A DNA stretch of 64,000 nt. Origin: Candidatus Bathyarchaeota archaeon (GTDB lineage: Archaea > Thermoproteota > Bathyarchaeia > Bathyarchaeales > Bathycorpusculaceae). The translations under genes and the position numbers were made by a program. The DNA is taken from assembly GCA_963827165.1 (NCBI GenBank), contig CAWGZR010000009.1:263156-327155 (forward strand), in the 5' to 3' direction. The notes under the pieces were generated by a model that saw only the letters and a program-made list of their open reading frames with translations, made no database searches and had not been told where the DNA came from. This document shows positions 9,782 through 20,675 of the stretch, piece by piece (position 1 is the first letter of the stretch; each line of letters starts with the position of its first letter).

Positions 9782-10543
9782 CTAAGCGGAGTTGTCATAT
9801 GGAGATTTTAGGTGGGTAACGACTTCGACGGGTGACTCTTCGCCGGATTTTAGCCTTTTCTTCCATTCTTCGCCAACTGCAATCAGCGAAAAGATGCCTG
9901 AAACCTCAGCTTTCGACTTCTTCACAAGCGTGACGAGAGCCTCTTGGGTTTCCCCGCTTTTAATCATGTCGTCCACGATTAGGACGCTGTCGCGTTTCTT
10001 TATGGCTTCTTTAGGGATGTAAAGGGTAACGGTTACCCCTGAGTCTTTTCCGAGGATGTATGTTTCGTCGATGAAGGCTTTTACACCGACTTCTTTGTTC
10101 CGTTTCGCAACGATAAGGTTCACACCGAGAGCGTTGGCAACCATGGTGGCCAAGGGTATGCCGTCGACTGCGGCGGTTAAAACTTTAGTTACCCGTTTGC
10201 CGGCGAAGTTTGCGAGGGCGTGATTGGCGGCTTGCTGCAGTATGTTGTAGTCGCCCACGATTTCTGTGTTGTCGAAGTAGCCTGCGTCGTCGAATTTTAT
10301 TCTGCTGCGCAATTCAGCTTCCAAGCCGACCATTTTGTTTAGAACACGCCAGAGTTGTTTGGCACGTGTGGTGTTGGGTAACACGTGACCTTTGGCGTAG
10401 CGACTTAGAACGGTTACGGGTAAGTCAGTTTTTGAGGCTAATTCACGGTATGTGATGTTTCGTTTGTATTTTGCCGTGCGAAGCAGTTCAATCGTCATTA
10501 ACCGTAGTTTCAAATCTTCTGCATGTGTGCTCAAACCGATCAT
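9782..10543 (-). CDS. HTH-phosphoribosyltransferase fusion (archaeal PurR/Apt-like regulator)
   Basis: N-terminal HTH (TYRELA..TDLPVTVLSRY..GHVLP) plus PRPP-binding loop VLIVDDMIKSGET. Confidence 0.85.
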   Translation of the reverse strand: MIGLSTHAEDLKLRLMTIELLRTAKYKRNITYRELASKTDLPVTVLSRYAKGHVLPNTTRAKQLWRVLNKMVGLEAELRSRIKFDDAGYFDNTEIVGDYNILQQAANHALANFAGKRVTKVLTAAVDGIPLATMVANALGVNLIVAKRNKEVGVKAFIDETYILGKDSGVTVTLYIPKEAIKKRDSVLIVDDMIKSGETQEALVTLVKKSKAEVSGIFSLIAVGEEWKKRLKSGEESPVEVVTHLKSPYDNSA

Positions 10544-10748
10544 ATCCCATTTTTACATTTATCAGTTAAATAATCGACTTAAAGTTATATTCGCAGTGAT
10601 TGAATTTATGGGTTTCTGTCTAAAATGAGGACCACCCGAATCCAGTCACAGAAAAGTGCAGAAAGACTTTAGAAGTCATATTTCGCGTCTTCAACATTAG
10701 ACTTTTTAGAGACCGCGCCAAGTGCTATACCAAAGGGGGAAAAACTAA

Positions 10749-11300
10749 CTGCAGAGGCTCAGCAGATTATTCATAACCGCACTTTTCGGCTCAATCATCT
10801 TCATCATCAACGCTTTTCTACCTCCTCCGATAAACTACATAATGATCGTCGTCCAAGCTGTCGTCCTCGCGATAAGCGGGTTATTCATCAAAAACTTGGG
10901 CGCAACCTATGTCGGCGCAGTGGGCGGACTCTTAACGGCGCTTGGCAGCCCGGCGTTGGGTCCTTTCACATTTCTGTTCTCGTTTCTCTTTGGAGCGTTA
11001 ACCGACGGTTCACTCTGGGTCTTTCGAATCAACGCGTCATCTGAAGGCGTAAACCGCAACAGGCTCATTATTGCCATGGCAGTTGCGACCATGTTAATCG
11101 GGTTAGTCAGCTATTCCGCGTTCGCTATATTTCCACAGTTCGTTCCACTGGCAAGAGAGTTTTCAAGCGTCGGTTTATTCATCCAAAGAAGTACAATGCT
11201 AGATATGCTTGTCCTCTTGATGGGTCCAGCCACAGGAGTAGTTGCAGGTTACGCCGCGGCTTACCTTTGGAACAAATATTTGCGCCACATCCGCGTCTAA
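10749..11300 (+). CDS. Multi-TM membrane protein, ECF S-component-like; probable CTG start
   Basis: The ORF-track start is 10842, but the frame extends to CTG at 10749 (right after an in-frame TAA, with AAGGGGGA upstream), adding a hydrophobic segment LFITALFGSIIFIINAFL. Confidence 0.65.
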   Translation: MQRLSRLFITALFGSIIFIINAFLPPPINYIMIVVQAVVLAISGLFIKNLGATYVGAVGGLLTALGSPALGPFTFLFSFLFGALTDGSLWVFRINASSEGVNRNRLIIAMAVATMLIGLVSYSAFAIFPQFVPLAREFSSVGLFIQRSTMLDMLVLLMGPATGVVAGYAAAYLWNKYLRHIRV

Positions 11301-11593
11301 AAGCCTTGTTCCCTGATTTCTTCATCAACCAACTTTGCAATCATCAAATTGGAGACAAACACGCATTTAACGCCCAGAATCTCGGCCAACTCCGCTGGTT
11401 TTTGATCCTCCGTTACCAAAAGTAGTTTGTATTTGGCCGCGAATTCTACGATTTCCCGGTCGTTAGCACCCTTTAACCCTGAATCTTGAGCAGTCTGCAC
11501 TTCGTAGCCTAAGGCTTCAAAATATTCCTTCAAGCCTGCGTACATCTCATCCAGCAGTAACTTCATACACAACCCCATGTCTGTCTTCACCAC
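11297..11593 (-). CDS. PIN-domain protein (DUF5615/Mut7-C-like)
   Basis: MKLLLDEM...GANDREIV..A...LLVTEDQ pattern. True start is probably the MKLLL ATG. Confidence 0.8.
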   Translation of the reverse strand: MVKTDMGLCMKLLLDEMYAGLKEYFEALGYEVQTAQDSGLKGANDREIVEFAAKYKLLLVTEDQKPAELAEILGVKCVFVSNLMIAKLVDEEIREQGF

Positions 11594-11694
11594 AAATTAT
11601 TTAGCCTTTACTAGCTCACCGTCTCTTCTTATGCGCCGACGGACACGCAATAATTTTAAGCGACAATCTTTCTAGCATTTCAATCAAGTTCACA

Positions 11695-13074
11695 TTGATG
11701 GTGATAGATTTGGTTAAGCTGTTTGGAAGTTCAGGCGTTCGAGGTTTGACGAATGTTGATTTAACGCCCCTGTTAGCTTGCAAAGTCGCGTCAGCGGTAA
11801 GCACCTATGCCAAAGCAAAAAAAACTGTGGTAGCCTGCGACACGCGAACTTCAGGAGGCATGCTTCAAGACGGTCTTGTTTCGGGTTTACTTTCAAGTGG
11901 CGCAGACGTCTATTTAGCAGGCGTCGTTCCCACTCCAGCTTTAGCTTACGTTACCCGAACATTGGGCGCAGACGCTGGATTCATGCTCACCGCTTCCCAC
12001 AACCCACCGCAATACAACGGGATTAAGGTCTTTCGAGGCGACAGTTTATCATATACAGACGCTGACCAAGACGCTGTCGAAAACAACGTAGCCAAAGGTA
12101 CCTACGCCTTGGCAGATTGGCGCAGCATAGGCAAAACCACCCCGCTTAACGCAAGCAAACTCTACATGGAAATGGTATTGAAAGCAGTCAAGCTAAAACG
12201 GAAATGGCGAGTCATCGTTGATCCAGGATGCGGCGCAACCTTCCAAGTTGCTCCTACGCTGCTCAAAGAAATGGGATGCAAAATCACCGCCCTCAATGCT
12301 CAACCAGATGGTTACTTCCCAGCCAGAAAATCCGAACCAACCTCCGAATCCCTCAAGGATTTGGCTTCCGTCGTGAAAACGCTTGGCGCTGAGATTGGAG
12401 TAGCTTTCGATGGCGATGGTGATCGGGTGGCTTTCGTAGATGAGAAGGGGACGTTCGTGAATTTTGACCGATCTTTGGCGGCGTTTGCCGCTTACACGCT
12501 TAAGGGGGTGGGGGGCGGAATTGTGGTAACGAATGTGGAAGCTTCGATGTGCGTGGAAACGATGGTGGAGAAGCAAGGGGGCAAAGTCATCCGCACCAAA
12601 GTCGGGGACATTTACGTTTCCGAAGCAATCGAGCGTTCACGCGCGGTTTTCGGCGGAGAACCCTGTGGCGCATGGGTTCACCCCAAATTTCATTTTTGCC
12701 CCGACGGTCCACTTTCAGCTGCGCTAATGCTGGGGGCTTTAGAAGATCAAGATAAGACCCTAAGCGAATTCGTCGGCTCAGTGCCTGAGTACATAACGCG
12801 GCGGGAAAACGTTTTAGTCAAGAATGATCAAAAATCCAAAGTCATAACAAAACTGAAATCACCATTGAAAACTGCGTTTCCAGACTACACTGATTTCTCG
12901 ATGGTTGACGGCGTTCGATTAGCGCTCAAGAACGGGTGGCTTCTCGTACGGGCTTCGGGTACAGAGCCGTTTATTCGATTAACGGTTGAAGGAGAATCCT
13001 TAATCGTGGCAAACGATATAACCCAAAAGGCTAGTGCATTAATACTCAAGCAAATTGAGGCTGAAGAAAAATGA
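11695..13074 (+). CDS. glmM: Phosphoglucosamine mutase
   Basis: LFGSSGVRG, TASHNP, DGDGDR, GGEP and RASGTEP; coupled to glmU. Confidence 0.9.
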   Translation: MMVIDLVKLFGSSGVRGLTNVDLTPLLACKVASAVSTYAKAKKTVVACDTRTSGGMLQDGLVSGLLSSGADVYLAGVVPTPALAYVTRTLGADAGFMLTASHNPPQYNGIKVFRGDSLSYTDADQDAVENNVAKGTYALADWRSIGKTTPLNASKLYMEMVLKAVKLKRKWRVIVDPGCGATFQVAPTLLKEMGCKITALNAQPDGYFPARKSEPTSESLKDLASVVKTLGAEIGVAFDGDGDRVAFVDEKGTFVNFDRSLAAFAAYTLKGVGGGIVVTNVEASMCVETMVEKQGGKVIRTKVGDIYVSEAIERSRAVFGGEPCGAWVHPKFHFCPDGPLSAALMLGALEDQDKTLSEFVGSVPEYITRRENVLVKNDQKSKVITKLKSPLKTAFPDYTDFSMVDGVRLALKNGWLLVRASGTEPFIRLTVEGESLIVANDITQKASALILKQIEAEEK

Positions 13075-14357
13075 AAGCGGTATTGTTAGCGGCTGGCGAA
13101 GGGATAAGGCTCCTACCCATAACCGCCACCCGACCTAAGCACCTCATCCAAGTGGGCGGCAAACCGATTTTGCAGTTCACATTGGAGGCTGTGAAAAACG
13201 CGGGAATAACCGAGGTAACTATCATTACGCATTATATGGGAGACGCTATCCGAGATTACTTTAAAGACGGCGAAAAACTCGGCTTAGATATCAGCTATGT
13301 TGAGCAAAAAGAAATCTTGGGAACGGGAAATGCTGCGGCAGTCGCTGAGCCCTACGTGGACGGAAACTTTGTTCTAATTTATGGAGACCTTCTATTTGGG
13401 GCAGACGTGGTAAAAGACACGTTGGGGCTGTTTGAGATGGGCAAAACTGATGCAGTCGTCGGAGTAATTCCAGTTGACAATCCTGAAAACTACGGAATCA
13501 TTGAATTGGATCAGAAGAAAAGGGTCAAGCGAATAGTTGAGAAGCCGACCGCTGGAACTGCTCCTTCAAACCTCGCTAACGCAGGAGTTTACGTGTTTTC
13601 CCCTTGCATCTTTGATAAGATACGTCAAACTAAAGCTTCCCCTCGGGGGGAATGGGAACTAACTGACGCTTTAACCCTTCTCGCAGATGAAGGCAAAACC
13701 GTTCTCGCTGCGGAACTTCTGAAAAATGACTGGTTTGACGTGGGCAGGCCATGGGATTTGCTTGATGCTAACAACTGGGCCCTCAAACTCATGGACCACA
13801 AAATCTTAGGAACCATTGAGCAGGGAGCCCATCTTATTGGGCAAATCACGGTTGCAGAGTCAGCCCGCATACGCTCGGGCGCCTATATAGAGGGACCATG
13901 CTTCATCGACGAAGAATGCGATGTTGGACCAAACTGCTACATCCGGCCAGGTACAAGCCTAGGCAAAAAAGTCCGCGTTGGAAACGCCTGTGAAATCAAA
14001 AACAGCATCATCATGGCAAACACTCATGTCGGACATCTCTCATACATCGGGGACACAATCATAGGTGAACACTGCAACTTCGGCGCGGGCACCATAACCG
14101 CCAATTACCGCTTTGACGGTGGCTCAATAAAGATGATGGTCAAAGATCGACTTGTCAACACGGGGAGGCGAAAACTCGGGGCAGTTTTCGGCGACAACGT
14201 GAAAACAGGGATTAAATCGCTTTTTATGCCGGGCGTAAAGGTCGGTGCAAACAGCTGGGTAGGACCCAACTTTATGGTTGAAAAAGATTTAGCTGCTGAT
14301 GTAATAGCATTTCAAAAGCAGAACTTCAATATACGAGAAAAGAAAACTCGATCTTGA
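13071..14357 (+). CDS. glmU: Bifunctional sugar-1-phosphate nucleotidylyltransferase/acetyltransferase (archaeal GlmU)
   Basis: LAAGEGIRL.P.T..RPK, EKP, RGEWELTD, hexapeptide repeats and HLSYIGD; ATGA overlap with glmM. Confidence 0.9.
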   Translation: MKAVLLAAGEGIRLLPITATRPKHLIQVGGKPILQFTLEAVKNAGITEVTIITHYMGDAIRDYFKDGEKLGLDISYVEQKEILGTGNAAAVAEPYVDGNFVLIYGDLLFGADVVKDTLGLFEMGKTDAVVGVIPVDNPENYGIIELDQKKRVKRIVEKPTAGTAPSNLANAGVYVFSPCIFDKIRQTKASPRGEWELTDALTLLADEGKTVLAAELLKNDWFDVGRPWDLLDANNWALKLMDHKILGTIEQGAHLIGQITVAESARIRSGAYIEGPCFIDEECDVGPNCYIRPGTSLGKKVRVGNACEIKNSIIMANTHVGHLSYIGDTIIGEHCNFGAGTITANYRFDGGSIKMMVKDRLVNTGRRKLGAVFGDNVKTGIKSLFMPGVKVGANSWVGPNFMVEKDLAADVIAFQKQNFNIREKKTRS

Positions 14358-14680
14358 GGATAGATGAAATATACTAAGATTTGAGTACGAATGCGTGAGT
14401 CCCAGTGCCAATAGTCCTTTCAACCTATTTTGATTTTGTTCATGTTAAAGACTTTTTTTTCGCATGTGCAAACTTTCTTATCTAATGGAGAAGAAATAAT
14501 TTGATAGAAAAAAAGCATCACAAATGGTTAAATTAAATCCAATTATTTTCCTTTTACACAAAATATAATATGATTCAGATTGTGCTTGTTGCCGCCGCAG
14601 TCAAGTCAAAATGTTTAAGAACAAAGTCTCCGTAAGAGAGGATAGGTAATGAACGTTGAACTTTTTAAGGAGACAAAACT

Positions 14681-15208
14681 TTGTCAAAAATTAATCCCGG
14701 CTCTAATTTTAACGAAGATAATGATATTAAGACGGCGCGACCTGGCGGGATGCAAGATATTGATATAAAGGAACCTAAAATTGACAGCGAAGGCAAACTT
14801 CATTGCACAATCTGCGATAAAGTATTCAATTCGAGACAAGATTACGTCAGCCACGCTTTATCCAAGCATCAACAGCAGACCAGCAAGACAGTTCATGCCC
14901 AAAAGTTTTTAGCAACAGTCTCATACGACCACGGTTTTCATTTCTATACGTCTATTGGGATATACACAGGGGAAACAGCAGTTAATTTAACAACATTTGC
15001 CAAAGAACTTGGAGTGGTGCCTATAGAGTGTGTTGATTTCCATTTCAAAAGGGCTGACTTTCAGAAGTGGATAACTGATACAATTGGAGATAATGAATTA
15101 GCAACAGCCATCGGAGAGGTTGAGATGGAGCTTGCAGGTGAACCATTGAGACTAATGCTTCTCAGCATCGTTATCGCAAGAGTAAAAGAACTTGAAAATC
15201 AAAGCTAA
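14681..15208 (+). CDS. C2H2 zinc finger + DUF5752-like domain protein
   Basis: CTICDKVF...YVSHALSKH finger, then GFHFY..IG.YTGETA..L..F...FHFKRADFQKWI.DTIGD. Confidence 0.75.
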   Translation: MSKINPGSNFNEDNDIKTARPGGMQDIDIKEPKIDSEGKLHCTICDKVFNSRQDYVSHALSKHQQQTSKTVHAQKFLATVSYDHGFHFYTSIGIYTGETAVNLTTFAKELGVVPIECVDFHFKRADFQKWITDTIGDNELATAIGEVEMELAGEPLRLMLLSIVIARVKELENQS

Positions 15209-15420
15209 CTGCAAAGAGCCATGGCGCGGCAATCAAGAAAAAGAAATAACGACGTTTGAAAAAGCCTCGGACGAATAAACCTGTTTTCTTTAGTGGCCAC
15301 TAACTCCTTTCGTTGTTGACCATTTCAAGTCATTAGCAGGTAAGCGGAGATTAGTCGAGATTTGTGAAATACATAAAAACTATTGATGACTATTAGTCAT
15401 TTTATTCACTTATTTTTTTT

Positions 15421-15536
15421 TTTTTTTGTTTTTTGACTTTTTGGTACGTTTTAATATGTTTTGCGAGACCAGTTGCAACCGATTCAAGCCCCAAACCAAA
15501 AAAGCAACCCAAAATACAAAGAACAAATCAGCTGGA
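15421..15536 (-). repeat. Dispersed leader + 10-bp array element, copy A
   Basis: The reverse complement of 15471-15524 matches 20163-20216 at 51/54 nt. It is followed on the minus strand by tcgcaaaaca/tattaaaacg/taccaaaaag/tcaaaaaaca. Confidence 0.9.
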
Positions 15537-15664
15537 TCTTCCAAAAAAATTGAGTATGATTCTCCCTTTAAAAAAATAGTCACCAATCGCTTTCTCGTGT
15601 GTTGAGTATATTAAAGATAAATATACTGGTAGTGCAATTTCGTATCCGTAAGGAGAAAATAAAG

Positions 15665-16087
15665 TTGTCTGTAGCACAAAGGAAGTATTTCAATGAAGTC
15701 GCATTACTTGCGGATAAAACAGTTTCTGTAGTTACTAATGACGGAAAAACATTCATCGGCACAGTCATCGGCATAAATCAGGACAATATGAGTCTCGTGT
15801 TGGCTGACGCGAGGGATGAGGCTGGAAAAACGCTTCACCGGCTTTTCCTGAATGGAAGCGTGGTTAATCAAATTGCAAGCGCGGAAAAACCCTTCGACCT
15901 CAAAGCCTTAGCTACAAGACTTGAAAAAGTCTTCCCAACTATGGTAAAGTTGTATGATGATAAGGGTTTCATCTGGGTCATGGATAAGGTGAAACTGACG
16001 GAAAAAGGCGTTGTTGAAGGTTCAGGTCCAGCCGCTGACCGAGTGCAGAAGGTTTACGACCTGTTCATGAGTGAAGTCAAACCCTAA
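15665..16087 (+). CDS. Lsm/SmAP3-type RNA-binding protein
   Basis: Sm fold (V.V.TNDGKTFIG...GIN...MSLVLADA) plus a SmAP3 C-terminal domain (V.EKGVVEGSGPAADRV). TTG at 15665 has an AAGGAG RBS. Confidence 0.88.
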   Translation: MSVAQRKYFNEVALLADKTVSVVTNDGKTFIGTVIGINQDNMSLVLADARDEAGKTLHRLFLNGSVVNQIASAEKPFDLKALATRLEKVFPTMVKLYDDKGFIWVMDKVKLTEKGVVEGSGPAADRVQKVYDLFMSEVKP

Positions 16088-16836
16088 ATAAACCAGCGCA
16101 GCTGCTCCTCTTCTTTCTTCTTTTCTTCTGTAATGCTTCGGATAATACCAAATGATTCTAAGATCTTTTTGATTTCGCCGCCGGTTTCATCCAGCCGGGA
16201 CAAATCGACGTCTATATTCAAGTATTTCCCAAGAGTGGTTAACGCGTAGCGTGCAGCGTTTATGTCTGGATCCATGCCGGGTGTGTCAACAAGTAGCGAG
16301 AATCCTTTCATATCCCTGATCCTCGCTAGTCCAACGGATAGCCCCGCGATGCCGAAAACGTGGCCGACCATTATTTTTGTTCCCAGATTGAGCGCTTCCT
16401 GCATCGTGTCTAAGTCTGTGGCGGTGCTGTATATTCCGGGTACTGGTTGAGTCTCATCTTTTTTGAAGCCGCCGATTGAAATTACGAAGCGGCAGCCAAA
16501 TTCTTGGGCTAAATCTAGCACTTTGCCGACGAGTTCATATTGCCCAATGGTCGTAAGCGCCTGCGTGTTACCGTACCAGATGATTAAGTCGCGTTCGCCC
16601 TCTCCCCGTTTGGCATAGTATAGTTCATTTGTGGGTGAGAGAGCTCTGCCGTCTCCAGTTGTCACGGCGAAATCTTGGAAGGATGAAGAAAATATTTGGA
16701 CGAATCGTTTAGCTTTAAGTTCTTTTATGAGGTGTAAAGCCGCTATGTTTGCGACGAATCCTATGCCGGGAAGTCCTTCGATAAGGATTGGGTCGTTTAG
16801 TTTTGGTTTTTCGTTGATGTCGATGGAGCAGACCAT
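16084..16836 (-). CDS. PAC2 family proteasome assembly chaperone
   Basis: LIEGLPGIGFVANIA, ISIGG and GIAGL; PD..AAR motif. Confidence 0.88.
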   Translation of the reverse strand: MVCSIDINEKPKLNDPILIEGLPGIGFVANIAALHLIKELKAKRFVQIFSSSFQDFAVTTGDGRALSPTNELYYAKRGEGERDLIIWYGNTQALTTIGQYELVGKVLDLAQEFGCRFVISIGGFKKDETQPVPGIYSTATDLDTMQEALNLGTKIMVGHVFGIAGLSVGLARIRDMKGFSLLVDTPGMDPDINAARYALTTLGKYLNIDVDLSRLDETGGEIKKILESFGIIRSITEEKKKEEEQLRWFI

Positions 16837-17071
16837 GGTTTACATCTCTTTTGTCAAGTATAGACAAGCTATTCGATATAAGGATGCTGACATTTCAGTT
16901 TAGGCGACATAGCGTTACCATGTTCATGGAAAAACATATTGAGTTCGCTCTCGACCTTGCCCAAAGTTTCATCTTCCCATGAGAAATCAACAGGTTTCCA
17001 TATGTGACATGACACGCCAAGGGTAAGAAAGGCATATAAGAGTTAAGAATGAAACGATAAAGAGACCAATC

Positions 17072-18334
17072 ATGGGTTCTCAGAAAACATCCCTAATCCG
17101 CATTGTTCTCCTAATGTTGTTAGTGTTTGCAGCTGTTTTTCCTGTTTTAACCGCTAAATCTGAGGCGCAGACGAACCAGAATTACTGGGTCACCGTGAAA
17201 CCGACAGGCGACTCCCAAATGTACACTTCGGTCGATAGGAACTGGACGTTGTCATTTGAGGCTGTTTGGAGTTACGGCAGCAATTCAGGTCAACCCATAA
17301 GCGATGCGGTGGTCTCAATAGAAGTTTTCGGGGCTTCAGAGGGGGCATTGGGCACTCTTGATTTGAATACGACTTCGGGATACTTTGTTTTCAATTATTC
17401 TTCATCAACGGCGGACAAAATAACTTTCACACCTACCCAACTGAAAACTCAGGACGGGGCAAAGTGGACGTCCGCCCTCGTAACAAATGACGGAGTGCAA
17501 GCTTACGGTTTACAATCAACGCCTGTTACGGTTTGGTGGGATACCTTCCAAGTGTCCTTGTTGAGCCAAGACACTGACAGCTCGAGCGCAGTTGCATTAT
17601 CAGTAAACATTACTTATCAACTGCTTCCGCAAGAAGGCTTAACCTTGCCTGCGGAGGACACGTACTCGAACCAAACGTTCCTGCCTAAAACCGTCATCGG
17701 CGCCAACGTAACCATTAACGGAGTTAACGCCCAAGAAACCGGATCAACAAGCGTTTACTCAGCGAAAACTTCCACAGTTTTCCCTACAGCGTACGTGCTA
17801 GTGAAGGTTTCGCAAAGCGGATGGACAACAACCAACACGGCTCTCAGTTTTGGGCAAAAAGCCAATGGAGTCTTTTGGAGTTACGCGGAAATAATCGCGC
17901 TGATTGCTGTTGCTGCCACATTGCTGCTGTATGTTATGTTGGCAAGAAAGCCTAGTCGATCTGCTTCAAGGGGAGCTATATTCTTGTTGATAGGCAGTGC
18001 CTTGTTGCTGGCTACCTCCGTGGTCAGCCTTTACTGGGGCGCGGTTGCGGTGGAGGCTTCGCTTCATGGGTTTAACTGGCTTATCTTGGCGGTCACGAGT
18101 CTTTGCGCCTTCGCTGTAGGTGCGTTGGGCGGAGTGATGTCTCTTAGGCGGAAGAACGAGGCGTTGGTTATTTTCGCAGTCTGTGTTCCGCTTATCGTTA
18201 ATCTTAGCATGGTGAGTTATGCGTTGGGTGCTTACTCTTTAGCGGTTCCGTGGATGTTCATTTTCGCGTCAACGATTACTTCGATAGCGAGTGGGTTGTT
18301 AATTGCTCATTTTGATGACCAATTCACCAAATAA
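17072..18334 (+). CDS. Hypothetical secreted/membrane protein
   Basis: Signal peptide, S/T-rich beta ectodomain and about 5 C-terminal TM helices. Confidence 0.75.
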   Translation: MGSQKTSLIRIVLLMLLVFAAVFPVLTAKSEAQTNQNYWVTVKPTGDSQMYTSVDRNWTLSFEAVWSYGSNSGQPISDAVVSIEVFGASEGALGTLDLNTTSGYFVFNYSSSTADKITFTPTQLKTQDGAKWTSALVTNDGVQAYGLQSTPVTVWWDTFQVSLLSQDTDSSSAVALSVNITYQLLPQEGLTLPAEDTYSNQTFLPKTVIGANVTINGVNAQETGSTSVYSAKTSTVFPTAYVLVKVSQSGWTTTNTALSFGQKANGVFWSYAEIIALIAVAATLLLYVMLARKPSRSASRGAIFLLIGSALLLATSVVSLYWGAVAVEASLHGFNWLILAVTSLCAFAVGALGGVMSLRRKNEALVIFAVCVPLIVNLSMVSYALGAYSLAVPWMFIFASTITSIASGLLIAHFDDQFTK

Positions 18335-18451
18335 CCCAACGACTCATAACATACCGAGTTGCCCTTTTTTCTGTCAAGCCAGCTGTGCCGGGTTTGAAGA
18401 CACCTAGTGTTTTTTTATAGGTGAGGCGTGATTCTTGTTTAGGTTTAAAAG

Positions 18452-20077
18452 TTGAGTTTCGAAATAAAACACAAAGACCTGCTGGGAAGAATAGGGAAGC
18501 TAAAGACGAAAACCGCAACGGTGGAGACTCCGCTTCTTTACCCTGTGATTAACCCAAGCATCCAGCTTGTCACACCTAAGAAACTCAAGGAAACCTTCGG
18601 GTTTGAAGCAGTTATAACTAACTCATACATTCTGCGGAAACGTTACGGCGATGTAGTTGTTGACCAAGGCTTGCACAAGTTTCTGGACTATGATGGTGCA
18701 GTAATGACCGATTCGGGAGCCTACCAGATTCTTGTATACGGCGAAGTTGAAGTCAATCAGAAACAAATCGTTGCTTACCAAGAAGGCATCGGCAGCGACA
18801 TAGCCACTATGCTGGATATACCGACAGGCTGGAAAATAACCAAGGAGCAAGCACAAGGTACTGTAGATGAAACATTGCAGAGAGCGAAGGACTTTTTCAA
18901 AGCCAAGACTCGCGACGACATTTTATGGGTTGGGCCAGTACAGGGCGGAAGGCATCTAGATTTAGTCGCGAAGTCAGCCAGTGAAATGGCCAAGCTTCCC
19001 TTCCAGATCCACGCGTTAGGAAGCCCCACAGAAGTAATGGAAAGCTACCGCTACGATGTCTTAGCAGACATGATCTTAACCGCGAAAAAAGGGTTACCCC
19101 TTGACCGCCCGCTGCATCTGTTCGGCGCTGGGCACCCAGCCATGTTCTCGTTGGCCGTGGCACTTGGATGTGACCTCTTCGATTCAGCAGCCTATGCTCT
19201 TTATGCCCGCGAGGATAGGTACATGACTGAAAACGGGACTAAACGCGTGGCTGAACTGGATTATTTCCCGTGCTGTTGCCCCCGATGTGCAGTGGAGACA
19301 CCCAAAAGCCTGATAAAGAAACCGAAAGAGGAACGTGAGGTTTTCTTAGCTGAACACAACCTCTATGTCTGTGCGGCTGAGATCAGGCGGATAAAGCAAG
19401 CCATCCGCGAAGGCAGGTTATGGGAACACACCGAAATGCGGGTCCACGGACACCCTGCTCTTCTGTCCGCCCTCAAAAAACTTCGCAGCCACGCTGACCT
19501 TCTGGAAACGTACAGTCCCACAGTGAAAAGCAGCGGATTCTTCTATTTCGACTCCGTCGGACTTGTGCGCCCCGAAATCACACATTACCGCAAACACTTA
19601 ACCGAACGCTATGACCCGCCCAAAGACGCCAAAGTCCTCTTTCTCGTACCCCAAACCAGAAACAAGCCGTTCCACAAGGCGCCTGAGTTCAAGAAAGTCA
19701 GGCAGCTTTTCAGAGTTCTTGGGGAAGATTTGACGCGGCAAATTCACGTTTGCGTTTACTCTGCCCCATTCGGCGTTGTTCCTCTGGAACTTGACGAGGT
19801 TTACCCGCTAAGTCAGCATGAAACAGCTTTGCCGCTTGACTTAGAAACCGTGACTTACGTGGCAGCCCAGGCAGTGGAATACGTCAAACGATCGAGCTAT
19901 GAAAGTGTCGTTTTGCTCAACGACCCTAAACTATGGCAGGACACCGTCAAAACCGCAGTCAATTTCGCTTGCGGCAACAAAGGTATACCATTTGAATCAG
20001 TTGAGGCAAACGCATCGGTCCCCAAAGAGGTTTTAAACCGATTAAGCAGTATTCTTCGAAAACAGTTAAGCGAATAA
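18452..20077 (+). CDS. tgtA: Archaeosine tRNA-guanine(15) transglycosylase
   Basis: MTDSGAYQ, LDIPTG, GPVQGG, HLFGAGHP, DLFDSAAY, Zn site CCCPRC...HNL; no PUA domain. Confidence 0.95.
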   Translation: MSFEIKHKDLLGRIGKLKTKTATVETPLLYPVINPSIQLVTPKKLKETFGFEAVITNSYILRKRYGDVVVDQGLHKFLDYDGAVMTDSGAYQILVYGEVEVNQKQIVAYQEGIGSDIATMLDIPTGWKITKEQAQGTVDETLQRAKDFFKAKTRDDILWVGPVQGGRHLDLVAKSASEMAKLPFQIHALGSPTEVMESYRYDVLADMILTAKKGLPLDRPLHLFGAGHPAMFSLAVALGCDLFDSAAYALYAREDRYMTENGTKRVAELDYFPCCCPRCAVETPKSLIKKPKEEREVFLAEHNLYVCAAEIRRIKQAIREGRLWEHTEMRVHGHPALLSALKKLRSHADLLETYSPTVKSSGFFYFDSVGLVRPEITHYRKHLTERYDPPKDAKVLFLVPQTRNKPFHKAPEFKKVRQLFRVLGEDLTRQIHVCVYSAPFGVVPLELDEVYPLSQHETALPLDLETVTYVAAQAVEYVKRSSYESVVLLNDPKLWQDTVKTAVNFACGNKGIPFESVEANASVPKEVLNRLSSILRKQLSE

Positions 20078-20151
20078 CCTTGGTTTAAGGTGGCTGAAAC
20101 CGAAGTCATCCTCTTTTTTTGTCGATCTTCCTTTCTCACATATTTTTGTAG

Positions 20152-20280
20152 TCCAGCGAATCGTTCTTTGTATTTTGGGTTGTTTTCTTGGTTTGGAGCT
20201 TGAATCGGTTGCAACTATTCGCCCAAAACATCTCAAAACATCTCGGAACATCCCAAAACATCTCAAAAAGTCAAAAAAGA
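20152..20280 (+). repeat. Dispersed leader + 10-bp array element, copy B
   Basis: Leader 20152-20216, then gcccaaaaca/tctcaaaaca/tctcggaaca/tcccaaaaca/tctcaaaaag/tcaaaaaaga. Confidence 0.9.
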
Positions 20281-20340
20281 CAACAAAATGAAACCGCAGA
20301 TTTGTGAGCGGTGGGTCCACATTTTTTGGGAGGAGAAATT

Positions 20341-20490
20341 TTTTGTTTGCGTTTTGAGTTGCTTTCTTGAAATAGAGTTTGGATTGGCTGCAACAGTTCT
20401 CTAAAAACATCTAAAAAGCTCTAGAAACATCTAGAAAAATCTATTTTCATCTAAAAACATCTAGAAACATCTAGAAACATCTGAAAAAGG
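20341..20490 (+). repeat. Dispersed leader + 10-bp array element, copy C
   Basis: Leader is colinear with copy B (39/53 by manual count), then nine 10-mers with consensus CTARAAACAT at 20401-20490. Confidence 0.88.
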
Positions 20491-20675
20491 CATTCTGCTC
20501 CTTTGGCAAGTAGATTACTGCGAAGTCTTCGCCGTTTCAATTGAGCCTTGACAAAGTACAATTGTATTTTTTGTAGCTCGCTTCGTGCAGTCTTGAGTTT
20601 TAAACTAATCTTTTTTAGCTTGCTCAACCTATTGAATCAGAACCGCAACCTTTAGCCCCAAAAGGAGATGTAAAC